In this document: positions 28,349 through 41,200 of the stretch, in pieces
Position numbering within the stretch: the stretch's first letter is position 1
Layout of the letters: the number at the start of each line of letters is the position of its first letter
NCBI GenBank assembly: GCA_951406725.2
Contig: OX597822.1
Coordinates: 109,926,001-109,990,000, forward strand
Length of the DNA stretch: 64,000 bases
Direction of reading: 5' to 3'
Origin: Octopus vulgaris
Taxonomy: Eukaryota
Made by a program: the position numbers and the translations under genes
Notes under the pieces: model-generated
Told to the model about the DNA's origin: nothing
The model's database searches: none
Seen by the model: the letters and a program-made list of their open reading frames with translations, nothing else

Positions 28349-29103
28349 TATATATATATATGCATATACACATACTTACATACATTGATGCACACACACA
28401 TGTACACACACACACACATATATAGAGGAAAGTACAAGCATACACATATAGATAGAATAATTCATACATTTATAGATACACGTTCATATATAAGTGTATA
28501 TGCCTATATATATGTATATGTGCGTGTGTGCATGTGCGTGAGTGTGTATGTATGTGTGTGTGTGTGTATGTGTGTGTGTGTACATACATGAGTTTGAGTC
28601 CTATGTTTGATCCCCATAGTTGTTATGGTAATATGAAGATAACGTATAGTGCAGCTTTCAACTTTCTGACCTCATCCTTATCTAACTCATCTCTGTCGTC
28701 TAAACACATAATGGCTAGAAACGGCGAGCAAATCTAACACCGTCGAGATTTTAATATTTGTATTGAAATACTTCACAGCGAAAACATTATCTATATTACT
28801 TATTATGCCATAATTTCATTCTGTGTTTGCAATATCTTATTACGACTAGTCGTCATTTCTAATCATACTGTTGTTGTTTCCATTAATTCGGATTTTTTGA
28901 TTAATTAATGTCTCTAAGTACTGACCTAACTTGCTGTAATTAATGTTTGTCGCGTACTACGAATTTCAGAGTGTGCTGTTCTTAACTATTGTCCCAATTT
29001 AATTAAAGTCCTAAACATCAAGTAGCGCTTCAATTTCATACATATTACTAATTGATTTTTAAAAATCAGAATTAAATGTAACTTTTCAAAGTGAAAATGC
29101 ATG

Positions 29104-29150
<47 letters not shown>

Positions 29151-29154
<4 letters not shown>

Positions 29155-30328
29155 AAAAGGTTTGAAAATGCAATTTAAACGATGTTTATTTACTTAACCG
29201 GTTTCACTCTTTGGTAAAAGATTGTCAAAAGTTACATTTAAGGAAACATTGAATAATATGGGTTCAAAAAAAGTTTTTTACATAATTGTCACATTGAATA
29301 TTATGCATTCAAAAAAGTTTTTTACATAATTGTCACATTGGATATTATGGGTTCAAAAAAAGTTTTTTACATAATTGTCACATTGAATATTATGCATTCA
29401 AAAAAGTTTTTTACATAATTGTCACATTGGATATTATGAATTCAAAAATGTTTTTTTATACATAATTGTCACATTATTTGGGAAAATTTGGCAGAAAAGG
29501 ATAAAACAAATATATTATTGGGAATTGGTTGCGTTAATTATTGGTTGTCGCAAATTGTCACATTACATGTATATATATACAATCTTTGGTATATATATAC
29601 AGCGTTTTGACAGCAAAAATTAAAATGGATTTTTTGTACATCTCAGAATATTTTAAGTATGTTTTTACTGACCTGTCAGTATTAGCAGAAAGGCTGAACT
29701 GAGAGAACAGAAGAAGTAGCCAATGTGGTGTATACTTCCCCTTTATGCATGAATGATTTTGGGGTTATCAGGAGGTTAGTATGCGGGTGTGAATAGATGT
29801 GTCCGTGCCTGCTGGTCAGACAGCGTCTGTTTGTCACACACATATATAAACACACAAAAATTTACTCTACGTCATAAGGTGTGAAGGATGCTACGAAGAC
29901 TACATAGGGCAAACGAGCCTTACCCTCAGAGACAGAATGACAGTTCACCGACAACAACTGAGGGACCCCTCCACAAGACAGATACCACTAAGTGGACACT
30001 TAGACCTTTGTGCACACAATAAGTCCCCCAAATTCTTAGTCTTCCCACTATACCAATGCTCGGACAACACCACAGACCAAACACGAATAAATAAGGAAAG
30101 TAATCTTATTCAAAAATACAGACCACAACTAAACATACTCTAACATACTCCCTGGAAGCACATCCAGAGCAAGCACACAGGGACGCGCGCACGCTCACAG
30201 CATATCGTGCGGGCGGGCACATGCGCGCATCGGCACGCATAGGACACACTAGCGGGCATTGACCGCACACATACGTGGCATGCACACGCATGCATTATAT
30301 ATATGTAGGTGATGTATGTGTGTGAGTG

Positions 30329-30362
<34 letters not shown>

Positions 30363-30537
30363 ACTGTGTGCGTGTGTGTGTATATGTGTGTGTGCGCGCG
30401 TTGTATGTGTGTGTGTGGGTGCACGTGTGTATATATGTGTGTGTGTGTGTGCACTGTGTGCGGGGGTGTGTGTATGTGTGTGTGAGTGTGTGTGTGTGAG
30501 CATTGTGTACGTGTGTCTGTTTTTACATATGTATCTG

Positions 30538-30582
<45 letters not shown>

Positions 30583-31164
30583 TGTGTGTGTATATGCATG
30601 GTATGTGTGTATATGTTAGTACTTTGTTTGTGTCCACTTAGTGGTATCTGTCTTGTGGAGGGGTCCCTCAGTTGTTGTCGGTGAACTGTCATTTTGATTG
30701 TATATATATACATGTAATGTGACAATTTGCGACAACCAATAATTAACGCAACCAATTCCCAATAATATATTTGTTTTATCCTTTTCTGCCAAATTTTCCC
30801 AAATAATGTGACAATTATGTATAAAAAAACATTTTTGAATTCATAATATCCAATATGACAATTATGTAAAAAACTTTTTTGAATGCATAATATTCAATGT
30901 GACAATTATGTAAAAAACTTTTTTGAACCCATAATATCCAATGTGACAATTATGTAAAAAACTTTTTTGAATGCATAATATTCAATGTGACAATTATGTA
31001 AAAAACTTTTTTTGAACCCATATTATTCAATGTTTCCTTAAATGTAACTTTTGACAATCTTTTACCAAAGAGTGAAACCGGTTAAGTAAATAAACATCGT
31101 TTAAATTGCATTTTCAAACCTTTTTTCTTATATAATCCCACTCGTGCGATACCCCACAACTCAA

Positions 31165-31168
<4 letters not shown>
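29151..31168. mobile_element. Young rearranged Penelope-like element: inverted ~434-bp terminal repeats (29151-29584 / 30696-31128) around a GIY-YIG 3' fragment (~29850-30143, +)
   Basis: IYS...CEGCYEDYIGQTSLTLRDRMTVHRQQ...KESNLIQKYRPQLN; arms near-identical, each with five ~40-bp subrepeats and a hammerhead-like motif (29192-29232 -, 31047-31087 +). Confidence 0.88.
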
Positions 31169-31214
<46 letters not shown>

Positions 31215-31217
<3 letters not shown>

Positions 31218-31429
31218 ACGCCACCCCGCTGGCTAAGCGAGTGGGCCAACAGAAGAAAGTGGGCGAAAGAGTGGTGAAAGAGTAAAGCAGGGATCACCAC
31301 CCCCTGCCGAGCCTCGTGGAGCTTTTAGGTGTTTTCGCTCAATAAACACACACAACGCCCGGTCTGGGAATCGAAACCACGATTCTCCGACTCCGAGTCT
31401 GCTGCCCTAACCACTGGGACATTGCGCCT

Positions 31430-31431
<2 letters not shown>
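31215..31431 (-). mobile_element. SINE family D (tRNA-like head), truncated/variant tail
   Basis: Minus strand ggaggcgcaatgtcccagtggttagggcagcagactc...ggtttcgattccc; head shared with 36900-37050. Confidence 0.8.
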
Positions 31432-31478
<47 letters not shown>

Positions 31479-31495
31479 CACACATATATATATAT

Positions 31496-31528
<33 letters not shown>

Positions 31529-31549
31529 CGTACATATATATATATACAC

Positions 31550-31637
<88 letters not shown>

Positions 31638-31804
31638 GGTATCGAGAAGAACCAAAGAGTGGCAGGTAACGCTAAGTGATATGGACAGACCCTAGTTAAA
31701 GTCTTTGTTCGATAGTGATACGAGTGAGGAGTTTAACGTGTGTCTTGTATTAGCATGGATATATATTGATTGGACAAAATGAGATTACAAAGCCAAGGCT
31801 GTGA

Positions 31805-32300
31805 AGAGTTTTCAGGACATTTATAAGGAAAAAGATATAGATATAATCTTACAGCTGTTCCAGGGATATTATGGATATCCCTTCATCAGAGATGATGTGG
31901 AATGGTCAAACAGTTTCCTGTACATGGTATTTAACTTCTAATAGTAGTTCATATTTATTCACACCACAAAACTACTTCGAATGAGGAACACATAATCCAC
32001 AGCTCCATTCTTAGAATTGAGTAAACATGAACTACTATTGGAACTTAAATACCATGTACATGAAAAATTTCTTACCACTTCTGTACACCAATTTACTCGA
32101 ATAATGGAACTGCATCTACAATGTCTTGTCTACAATGCCCATCTCCCCCTTTTCCACAACAATTCCTTATTTCGAACTAAAACATTTACCTCTATTTAAC
32201 CATCTCATATCGTCTCTGATGAAGGGATATCCATAATATCCCAGAAACAGATGTAAGACTATATCTATATCGCTTTCCTCATAAATATCCTGAAAATTCC
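31805..32300. mobile_element. Inverted pair of hammerhead-bearing repeats (Penelope pLTR-like)
   Basis: 32212-32259 + gtct CTGATGA agggatat..atatccca GAAAC agat GTA agac; 31846-31893 - atct CTGATGA agggatat..atatccct GGAAC agct GTA agat; flanks also inverted (31920-31960 vs 32018-32060). Confidence 0.8.
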
Positions 32301-32694
32301 GTGTTCCTTTCATCCAAGGATAATTCTATTGAAATCGAACTATCTTCGCTACTCTCTTCACATCAGCACATAACCCATTTGTTGAAATCTATAAAGAAGA
32401 GCCTGTAATTTTGTGCAATTTGTTGGAAAGGGTAATTTTGACAGAAAAAAGAGTCAATAAAGTAGAAACAACGTGGAAAATAGACTCTATTATGAACAGA
32501 AATCTCGTAAAGGATGCAAATGTTTTCCAATAATGAAAAAAACAGTGATCAGAGATTCACGTGAAAATCTGCCATTGAGAATAAATACATATGTTATTGT
32601 TTATATTGTTGTCCTTGTTTTGATTCATGAATTTATCACACTGATACAGACTACATGGTTTAGCACAGGAAGCATATTATCGGATAGTTTTATT

Positions 32695-33630
32695 ATTTAA
32701 TAGTATTATTTAAACCGAATGCTTTCTCTGCCCGAAGAAACACAGCTCAACGTGTCTTGCGTATGAGCTGTGGTTTGTTTTGGTGTCGTTATTTTCACTG
32801 TATAAAAAGTGATTTACGTATGATGTGTGCGGTGCCTTGCAGTGCTGTTCTCTGTATCTTTACATATCTTCGTATGTCTTTGTATTTTAGTTATGTATTT
32901 GCTTGTATGTTTTTTTGAAACATACCTAATGCACCCATCATTATAGGGAATGATTATATTTTTAGGCTCCATATTTGCCGTATCTCTGTTTCCGGATCTT
33001 TGTATCTCGTGAATTTCTCCCTATCTTTTAGAGATACATTGTCATCTGCTGGGATTGATATGTCGATTAGAAGGCTTTTTTCTCTTCTCGCACATAACTA
33101 TTAATCTTTCTCGTCTATAGCATTTCTTCCTTATCTTCTCTTTATTTGTGTGTATCGCATCGACATCGTTGATTCCTAAGAATTTGTATGCCTGTTTGAT
33201 TTCCTTTTTTGTCTAATGCTCTTATTTCTTTTTCTTTATCTAGTGTGATATTCTTATTTTTAGCTAGTTTCTCTCTTTTCAAGTTGTTTTGGTCAGATTT
33301 TTTTACGCTGAATTTCATATATATTTCTTTGATAAAGACATGCATTACGTGCAGTAATGTTTCGAGTTGTTTATCTTTTGCTGCATACAGTTTAGATCAT
33401 GGTTCTACAATAGATGGTAGAGTGTTTTACTATAGGAGTTGTATCTGCATCCAGTTTTCTCAGCATGTCGGGGTTAAAAGCGCCAGTACCAAACACAAAA
33501 GGAGTGAATGAATGGAGAGAGCGACTATCCTTGGAATATTCCTCTTCTAATAGGAACGGTTTTACTATTCCCCCTTTTGTCTGCAGCTTCAGAACTGTTG
33601 TTTGTCATTCATTTTATTACTGTTGCTGCT
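32695..33630 (-). mobile_element. R4/Dong-type LINE fragment with 3' UTR hairpin
   Basis: LLIDISIPADDNVSLKDREKFTRYKD.ETEI.QIWSLK..PIMMGALG; stem-loop cacagctca...tgagctgtg at ~32741-32773. Confidence 0.75.
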
Positions 33631-33639
33631 AATTGTTCA

Positions 33640-34275
33640 TGGATAGCGACATGTTGATCTGATATCAAGAATAACAGTTCGCTCGGCGTCGAGCCGCCGG
33701 GCGCCGGAACACGTCTTCACGCGAAGCGGCCGACGGTACGGGGCTGTAGCGTTGGCGTCGGACTCGGCATCCCGGGCGCCCTTCCGGCCGTCGCTGCCGC
33801 AGGCAACCCGTTTCGCGCCGGTGCGCGGTCGCGCCTTCGGTCAACGGGGGTCGGCTTCAACGTGCGGTCTCCGCTGCGTTCCGTCGCGTCGCCTACGCCG
33901 CGCCTTCCCGGCGCGGCCTTCTCTCCCACCTTGCATGTGGGGTTCGGTTAGAATTTTCTTCAAGCCGAGTAAGGATGTTGAATAAAACGCACATGTTTCC
34001 AGAGGTGAATTATTCACACCCCCAAAGAATTCCTCTCAGCACATGTCCTTAATGTTCTCCAACTACTCCTGTTCATGATAAGAGATACATATGTTGTTGG
34101 CCACCAAGGGACATGCACAACTGGTCACGGTCAACCAACTGACAAGCAAATCTAGTATTAATCAGAATATCTGCTGTTGCTCATCTTTTACACCAAAACG
34201 AAACATGTACAAGATAACAGTTTCAATCAGTTAAGATCACAAGCCATGGGAGCCAGTGCTTGGTATTGCATTGCC
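33640..34275 (-). repeat. Copy of the 4799-5357 repeat interrupted by a GC-rich insert
   Basis: gcgacatgttgatctgatatcaag and accttgcatgtgggg..ttagaattttcttca match adjacent parts of 5150-5230 in reverse complement. Confidence 0.8.
33678..33927. other. 250-bp GC/CpG-rich foreign insert of unknown origin
   Basis: Abrupt compositional shift (~70% GC by eye) with sharp junctions inside a repeat copy. Confidence 0.85.
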
Positions 34276-34853
34276 GACTTGTGGGGTTATGCCGAACAGC
34301 TGCTGTCACATGTGGGGCAGATCCGTGTATTGGCCGAATCCATAATGACGATTGCCCCGCCGCCCTCCTTAAATCGAGCAGTCTGTTTGGTGGACAAGGC
34401 TGAAAGACATGAGGACAGATACTTTCTTATTTCGTTGAGATATCATTGACCTCTTCAAGTTTCACTTGAAAAGGAAATTGAGGGTGGTGAGCCAAGTGCT
34501 GTCCTCGAGTAAATTTACTGAAAGGTAGTTTGAAGTTGCGAAAATGGTATGAGTGGATGGCACCTCTTTAAGTGTAGACATGTGAGTTTGAGGAAGGGAA
34601 TCGGAAGGGGCACATGCTCTTGCTGTTCAGGGTGTCCTCGTACTGTGGGGTTCCTTGATTATCCATAGAGGCCATGTTGGAACAGGAACGCTACATCTCT
34701 ATCATTCATTGTATACCGTATATACTTAGCTACTTTTTATCATTTCATTATATGTAGATCCTCTCACTTTGTGTTTGTCTTTGCCTTGCCCTGCACATCT
34801 GCCGTGGGGGCAAATAAATGAAATCACCATCATCATCATCATTATTAATGTTA

Positions 34854-34930
<77 letters not shown>

Positions 34931-35059
34931 TCCATTTCCCTTCGTGTATCCAAAGATACGTATAAAAGCCTTCTTAGTCCAAGTTCTTGATAGAGGTGTT
35001 ATGATCAAGTTGGGTCGTGGTATTAGATGTCAGTTTATCAAAATTTTTTATTATTGCTG

Positions 35060-35560
35060 TTATTTCTCTTTACCACAGGCTTCGTTGGCACTCCTGGAAT
35101 CTTGCATGTGTAGAGGGCTTGCTACCTGCAGCCTACGGCATCATGTTATATCCGCTCTTTTCAGTTAATACCGTTTTGATTATTCTGCGGTGCTAAGGAG
35201 ACAAACCTTTTGTAACAGTTCTACTGGGCACTCAATTCCAATTTCCTTTATATTCCTCTTGATAGCTTCTGATACTGATCTCAGGGATCCAACAATAATT
35301 GGTGCTAACTTCACTTTCATTTTCCATACCCAGGCTATTTCGTACTGAATTGGGTTGTATTTATCTTTCTTTTCGCCTTCCTTCTTGACCATCTGTGGGT
35401 CAAAGGAGCATGCAACAACAAATATATAGCATATATGGTGCGCCTTGCCCACCACCACTAGAACCAGTCTGTTATGCTCTAGCACCTGATCTGTTTGGAT
35501 TGGAAAGCCAAGAGGATCTTGCTAGTCTCCAACTCCACCACTCTCTGTAGTTTGTGCTCA
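35060..35560 (-). mobile_element. R4/Dong-type LINE endonuclease 3' fragment
   Basis: VACSFD..KKEGEKKDKY..EIAWVWKM..PIIVGSL..ELLQKVCLLSTA. Confidence 0.75.
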
Positions 35561-36271
35561 CTATTATTGTTATTAGTATTGTTATTGTTGCTATTGTTAT
35601 TTCATATAAGCACAACAGATTAGACTGTTGATAAAAATTTCTACCATCGGACTACAAGTGACCTTAGATCTCACCTAGCAGTCTCTAATAATATTGTTTC
35701 CCGGAGCTGCATTAAATTAGGTATATTGTAACATTAGAACTCAAGGTGTTTTGGTTATGTGGTCCTTTTTCAATACTAGATTGAACTGAATTGAATTAAC
35801 TCAAAATGTTCCTATATGTAAGCATATTTATTAATCCTCTTCCCAGTTTTTAGATATGTAACACAATAATAAATATATATTTAATATGCTATTCCTGTCA
35901 AGTATCATATTAATTTCAGCTCTTTTCCATAATGCTACAAAATCTACCATATGCTACCCATATCTCATTAACATATACTTAAGTTTTCATGTAAGCTATA
36001 GTTCCTTCCAAAATGATACAACCTAACTAGTGAAGTTTTGAAAAATAACGGCATTATTTTATCAAATATGTTGATATATTAATGTATACTAGCGAGAGTA
36101 GTAAACGAAAATTATGAAACTATTATATGGTAAGGGCTTCAAGTGCTTCATAGGGCACACACTTATATAGCATTTAACCAGAAATATTTTAAGGAAGAGA
36201 CCGTAATATCATTTCGTTTTTGGATTTGATTTGCAAGATTCTTTATATGAGTTCGTGTGTTGAAACATATT

Positions 36272-36562
36272 CTGTTGTGTCTGGGGAGAGTCATTTTCTT
36301 TTTGTGCCTTATTATTTAACACACTCACCGGTAAAATTTCCACTTTTTTTCTTATTCTTATTTTTCTAAAATTTTCGTTGCGTCTTGTAACCTTTTTCAA
36401 TAGTTTTCAATAGATTTTTTGAGAGTCAAAACTATTGAAAAAGTTTGCAAGACGCAACGAAAATTTTAAGAAAATAAAAATAAGAAAAAAGTAGAAATTT
36501 TACCGGTGATTGTGTTAAATAATAAGGCACAAAAAGAAAATGACTCTCTCCAGACACAACAG
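36272..36562. repeat. Long palindrome/fold-back (MITE-like), ~135-bp arms, ~20-bp spacer
   Basis: ctgttgtgtctggggagagtcattttc...ttcaatagtttt / aaaactattgaa...gaaaatgactctctccagacacaacag. Confidence 0.9.
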
Positions 36563-36671
36563 TAATATAATGTTAATCCGAAAATCGTTTCAAGAAAGAA
36601 GTGCAATTTATTTTGTTTGAAACAGCGACTCAGATAAAAATAATACATTTTATCGGTTTAGTAGTGGATGG

Positions 36672-37050
36672 AAGCACTCCATCGGTTCCGACGACGAGGG
36701 TTCCGGTTGATCCGATCAACGGAACAGCCTGTTCGTGAAATTAACGTGTAAGTGGCTGAGCACTCCACAGACACGTGTACCATCAACGTAGTTCTCGGGG
36801 ATATTCAGCGTGACACAGAGAGTGACAAGGCCGGCCCTTTGAAATACAGGTACAACAAAAACAGGAAGTAAGAGTGAGAGAAAGTTGTAGTGAAAGAGTA
36901 CAGCAGAGATCATCACCATCCCCTGCCGGAGCACGTGGAGCTTTTAGGTGTTTTCGCTCAATAAACACTCACAACGCCCAGTCTAGAATCGAAACCGCAA
37001 TCCTATGACCGCGAGTCCGCTGCCCTAACCACTGGGCCATTGCGCCTCCA
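36672..37050 (-). mobile_element. SINE with family D head and family C tail
   Basis: Head matches 31290-31431; tail matches 26518-26696. Confidence 0.85.
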
Positions 37051-37177
37051 CACAGGCGGCATATATGACACTGTATAACACGATGTTTGTCCTTGGGTAG
37101 CAACTATTATTTCCTATTTACTTACCCCTAGAAAGTATGAAAAATGGCTCATATTTACGCTAAACTTTGCCTTTGTT

Positions 37178-37335
37178 ACATTTATTCAAACCTCAAAGAC
37201 ACCCCTCAACACATGGCTATGATGCTCGACCACTACTTTTCATGATCAGAGATGTACGTATTGTCAGCCACTAAGAGATATACTTAAGTTATGGTTAAGT
37301 AATTGAAAAGCAAATTAGTGATATTGAGTAGAATA
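37178..37335 (-). repeat. Fragment of the 4799-5357 repeat
   Basis: ctcaacacatggctatgatgctc...gatcagagatg...tcagccactaag. Confidence 0.75.
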
Positions 37336-37917
37336 TGTCTCAAATGTAATGAAAAACAGGTCAGTTTCAAAATATTGATGTCCAGGTCGCAAAAGCTAAG
37401 TTTAATGGGAATAACAGTAAATTACAGTCTAGATAGAAACAAATAGGAAATAACACTTACTGGCCAAAGACAAAAAAAAAAGAAAGAAAGAAAGACAGAA
37501 AAAGAAAAAGATTTCTGTTACAGCGTAATTGATGTTGAAAGTGCGATGTGAAGTAGGATTACTTCAATTTGAAAGTGGACCTACGTTTACCGCTGAACGC
37601 ATTTCATTTGTGGATACAGCAATTGGAATTTTGTAGGTTTTCGTAGATGCAATGTTACAACTTTCACATATTGACTAACCAAAATGTCGGTGCCAAAAAC
37701 TGCAGTGAATAAATTTACATAATAAAACGGCTTCAGTTAGCTCCTCCTTTACTGATATTAAGATCCTGGACATATGTGTAGTAACTATCAGCGACACCAA
37801 GATTTCCGCTTTGTACACGGTTGGACCCCTTGACATATACGAGGCATTCATATTTTTTTTAGTTTGGCTGAATCAGGGAGAGAAGCAAAGTTGTTTTTGA
37901 AAAGCTAAATACTTGCG

Positions 37918-37919
37918 GC

Positions 37920-37960
<41 letters not shown>

Positions 37961-38206
37961 AAGTGTTAGTAGTAGTAGTAGTAGTAGAAGTGTTAGTAGT
38001 AGTAGTAGTAGAAGTGTTAGTAGTAGTAGTAGTAGCAGTAGTAGTAGTAATAGTAGTAGTAGTAGTAGTAGAAGTGTTTGTAGTAGTAGTAGTAGTAGTA
38101 GAAGTGTTAGTAGTAGTAGTAGAAGAAGTGTTAGTAGTAGTAGTAGTAGTAGTAGTAGTAGCAGTAGTAGTAGTAGTAGCAGTAATAGTAGTAGTAGTAG
38201 TAGTAA

Positions 38207-38238
<32 letters not shown>

Positions 38239-38251
38239 ATAGTAGTAGTAA

Positions 38252-38310
<59 letters not shown>

Positions 38311-38311
38311 A

Positions 38312-38343
<32 letters not shown>

Positions 38344-38410
38344 ATAGTAGAAGAGTTAGTAGTTGTAGTAGTGGTAGTAACAGCAGCAGCAGCTACTGCT
38401 GCAGTAACAA
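37918..38410. repeat. (GTA)n microsatellite with variant units
   Basis: Direct reading. Confidence 0.97.
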
Positions 38411-38827
38411 TACCACATGCTATCTATATATGCAACAATGTGTAGGCTTCACTTTGATGTAATTATGCTATGGAATTTGTCTTTAAGCCTAATTGCTTAC
38501 TTCAGACGATGGCTATCAATTTAAATATTGCAACATTGGTTTCAATAGATTAGTAAAGCGGTACAGAAATTCTACATTCTATTTGAAATCAACTTTCACA
38601 TTGATGTTAATTAGAAAAACGTAAATATCGCCGAAACTCTCAAGGGACAATATTGTTGGATATAAAGACCAGTAATTAATTTCCTTGCACAAAGGTGGAT
38701 TAGAGAAGTTATGAATCTATCTATGTTGTATGTATGTATGTGGTATGCATGTATGCACGCATGTATGTATGTATGCATGTATGCATGTATGCATGTATGT
38801 ATGTATGTATGTATGTATGCATGTATG

Positions 38828-38921
38828 TCATGCTTCCCCAACCACATAGTTCTGGTTTCAGTTCCATTGCGTGACACCTGGGGTAAGTGTTTTCTACTAA
38901 TCTCGGGCTGACTAAAGCCTT
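38828..38921 (+). mobile_element. SINE family A 5' fragment (probable 3' half at 41520-41722)
   Basis: aaccacatagttctggtttcagttccattgcgtgacacctggggtaagtg. Confidence 0.6.
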
Positions 38922-38956
38922 AAAGCCTGAAAGAAACAAGTTGTATACAAACATAC

Positions 38957-39030
<74 letters not shown>

Positions 39031-39032
39031 GT

Positions 39033-39090
<58 letters not shown>

Positions 39091-39094
39091 CATA

Positions 39095-41200
39095 TATAAC
39101 TTAAATAACTTAGATATGCTTCGACCAGAGATTGGTCCATGCCATGTCTAACTTAATAGCACCACCTGATAGAAGTAGCTAAATCCTTTTTAAGTCAAGT
39201 TTTGTTTATGGTCCATTCTCGTAGGGAGTTCTTGTTGAGTGAGTTGTATCCAGGTGTAGGTGTCTTATCCGGTATCTCTTGAAAAAATTTGTCCAGATTC
39301 CGTTTAAAGGTAATGAGACCCTTTTCCACTTTGATCTGTTTCGGGACTATGTTAAATAGGGCAGCGCTTGTTGAGGAAATGAAGTTGTGTTTATATGTTG
39401 TGATCCTGAATTGGGTAGGAGACGTATGGCCCATACTCCTCGCCTTGGATGAATTTTGAAGTAAATGTTGAGGTCGTTTGGGCAATGGTGGTGGTATATT
39501 CTTCACATCGTGCAAATGATGTATCGCCCAAGGCAGCGCTAGAGAGAATAGAGTTTCAATGCTTTAAGGCGGTCCCGATAATCGAGATCAGTCATGCCCT
39601 TAATTCTTTTAGTGAATGACCTCTGTGGTGATTCGATTTTCGAGATGCTTTGTTTTGTATTGAGAGACCACTGGGGGCAGTGGTATTCGAGGTGTGGCCG
39701 TACAAAAGAGAAGAGAGGAATTATGACACCTTGTTCTCTGGACTGGAAGGTTCTTAGGATATAGGAGCGGTCTTCTTCATTGACACTTTTCTGGATCTTA
39801 GAGTCATCAGGAAATATTTTCACTTTATGTGTTTTATGACGCTGGAGAAGTTGTTTATATAAACTATATAGAGGAGCGGGCCCAAGTCAGTCCCCTGAGG
39901 GTCGCCACTAGTGACCTTTGCTGGGATTGGGTGGATTCCACCGAACACATGTTCTACTCTGTTCTCCAGGAAATACTGAACTTGTGTAGAAGTTTTCCAC
40001 GGATTCCAATATGTAACAATTTTGACAGTACAATATTATGGTAAACTCTGTCAAACGCTTTCCTGAAATCAAGATATATGACATCAGGGTTCGAACCTGA
40101 TCCCAAGGTTTTGAGTATATCATCGATGTTGTGTAAGAGCTAATTTAGACAATTTCTGCTGCAGCGAAAGCAATGCTGGTTTGGATTTATGAGTTTGCCG
40201 CTCTCCAGGAAGCCAGCTACCCTTGATCTCACCCTCCCAAACACTTTAATGATACGAGAGATGAGTGAGATTGGACGATAATTGACTGCGAGAGATCTGT
40301 ATCCCTGTTTCAAAAACCGGGATGACAGACTTGGATAAGAGCTGTTTCGGTATATAATCTGTCTAAATAATTTATCCAGAGGTTGGCCAGAGGGACTGAA
40401 AGTTGATGTCTACATTCCTTGAGGAGAGTAGTTGGGAATCTATCAAGGCTTACATCAGAATCGTATTTGATCTCATTTATTACTGCTATGATGCCTGATG
40501 CATTGAATGGTATGTCCGTGATAATATGTTGGGAATCGACTTCGTTCACATCTCTTACGTCCTTATTAGTGGGATCGCTAAAGACAGAACAGTATTGTTT
40601 TTGCAGTACTTCTTGTCATTTCTTTAGCATCGTGTTGGGGAATGGCGTTATCACTGGACCTACGGGTGAGACAGCGGTCCTATGCTTATTTGCATATGAA
40701 TAGAACTATTTTGGGTTCTGTTTCATTTTATTGATTACCCACTGTTTCTCTGCAGCCCTTTGATTTTTAATGCGCATTTTCATGTTGGTCTGTAGATGAA
40801 GTTTTTCCAACTGCAGCCTTTTCATTGGTGTTGAATGTAGATGTCGCATGTGGGAGCATATTATAATTTGGTTGATTTTTTTATTAAGTATTTTGATGCG
40901 CCTGATGAGTGTTTTTCTTTCTCTCTCTAGGGAGCCTGTTTATGTTTGTGTTAGTGGATTACATATGAGCGTGTTTGAGCATGTATAAGTAACAATGTTC
41001 TCTAAGCGCTACCATGTGTTTTCAATGTCAGTGGAACTGAAGTGAAGGACCAGTCGATAAAGGACAGATCCTTTCTGATTGCTCCCCAGTCCGCTTTGTG
41101 GAAGTTTATGTTGTCAAATAATTGCAGCGGTGTGGGACTGCATAACTTAGTTTTGATATGCTGAAAATTAAAATTGCAGAGTATCATATCATGTCGTGGT
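39095..41200 (-). mobile_element. CR1/L2/Jockey-group LINE, decayed ORF2 with 3' end
   Basis: FHKADW.AIR; DRFPTTLLKEC..LSVPL; YRPISL; GDPSGTDLGPLL; IFPDDSKI; SFVRPHLEY; IESPQRSFTKRI; YRDRLKALKLYSL; FKRNLDKFFQEIPD. Confidence 0.88.

Noticed and set aside
29258-29475. Regular ~40-bp repeats resembling a CRISPR array
   Set aside because: No unique spacers and no cas genes; contiguous minisatellite inside a Penelope terminal repeat
33717-33985. GC-rich ORFs or CpG-island promoter
   Set aside because: Short ORFs are expected in GC-rich DNA; the segment is a sharp insert within a repeat
37963-38445. Poly-Val hydrophobic ORF
   Set aside because: (GTA)n microsatellite
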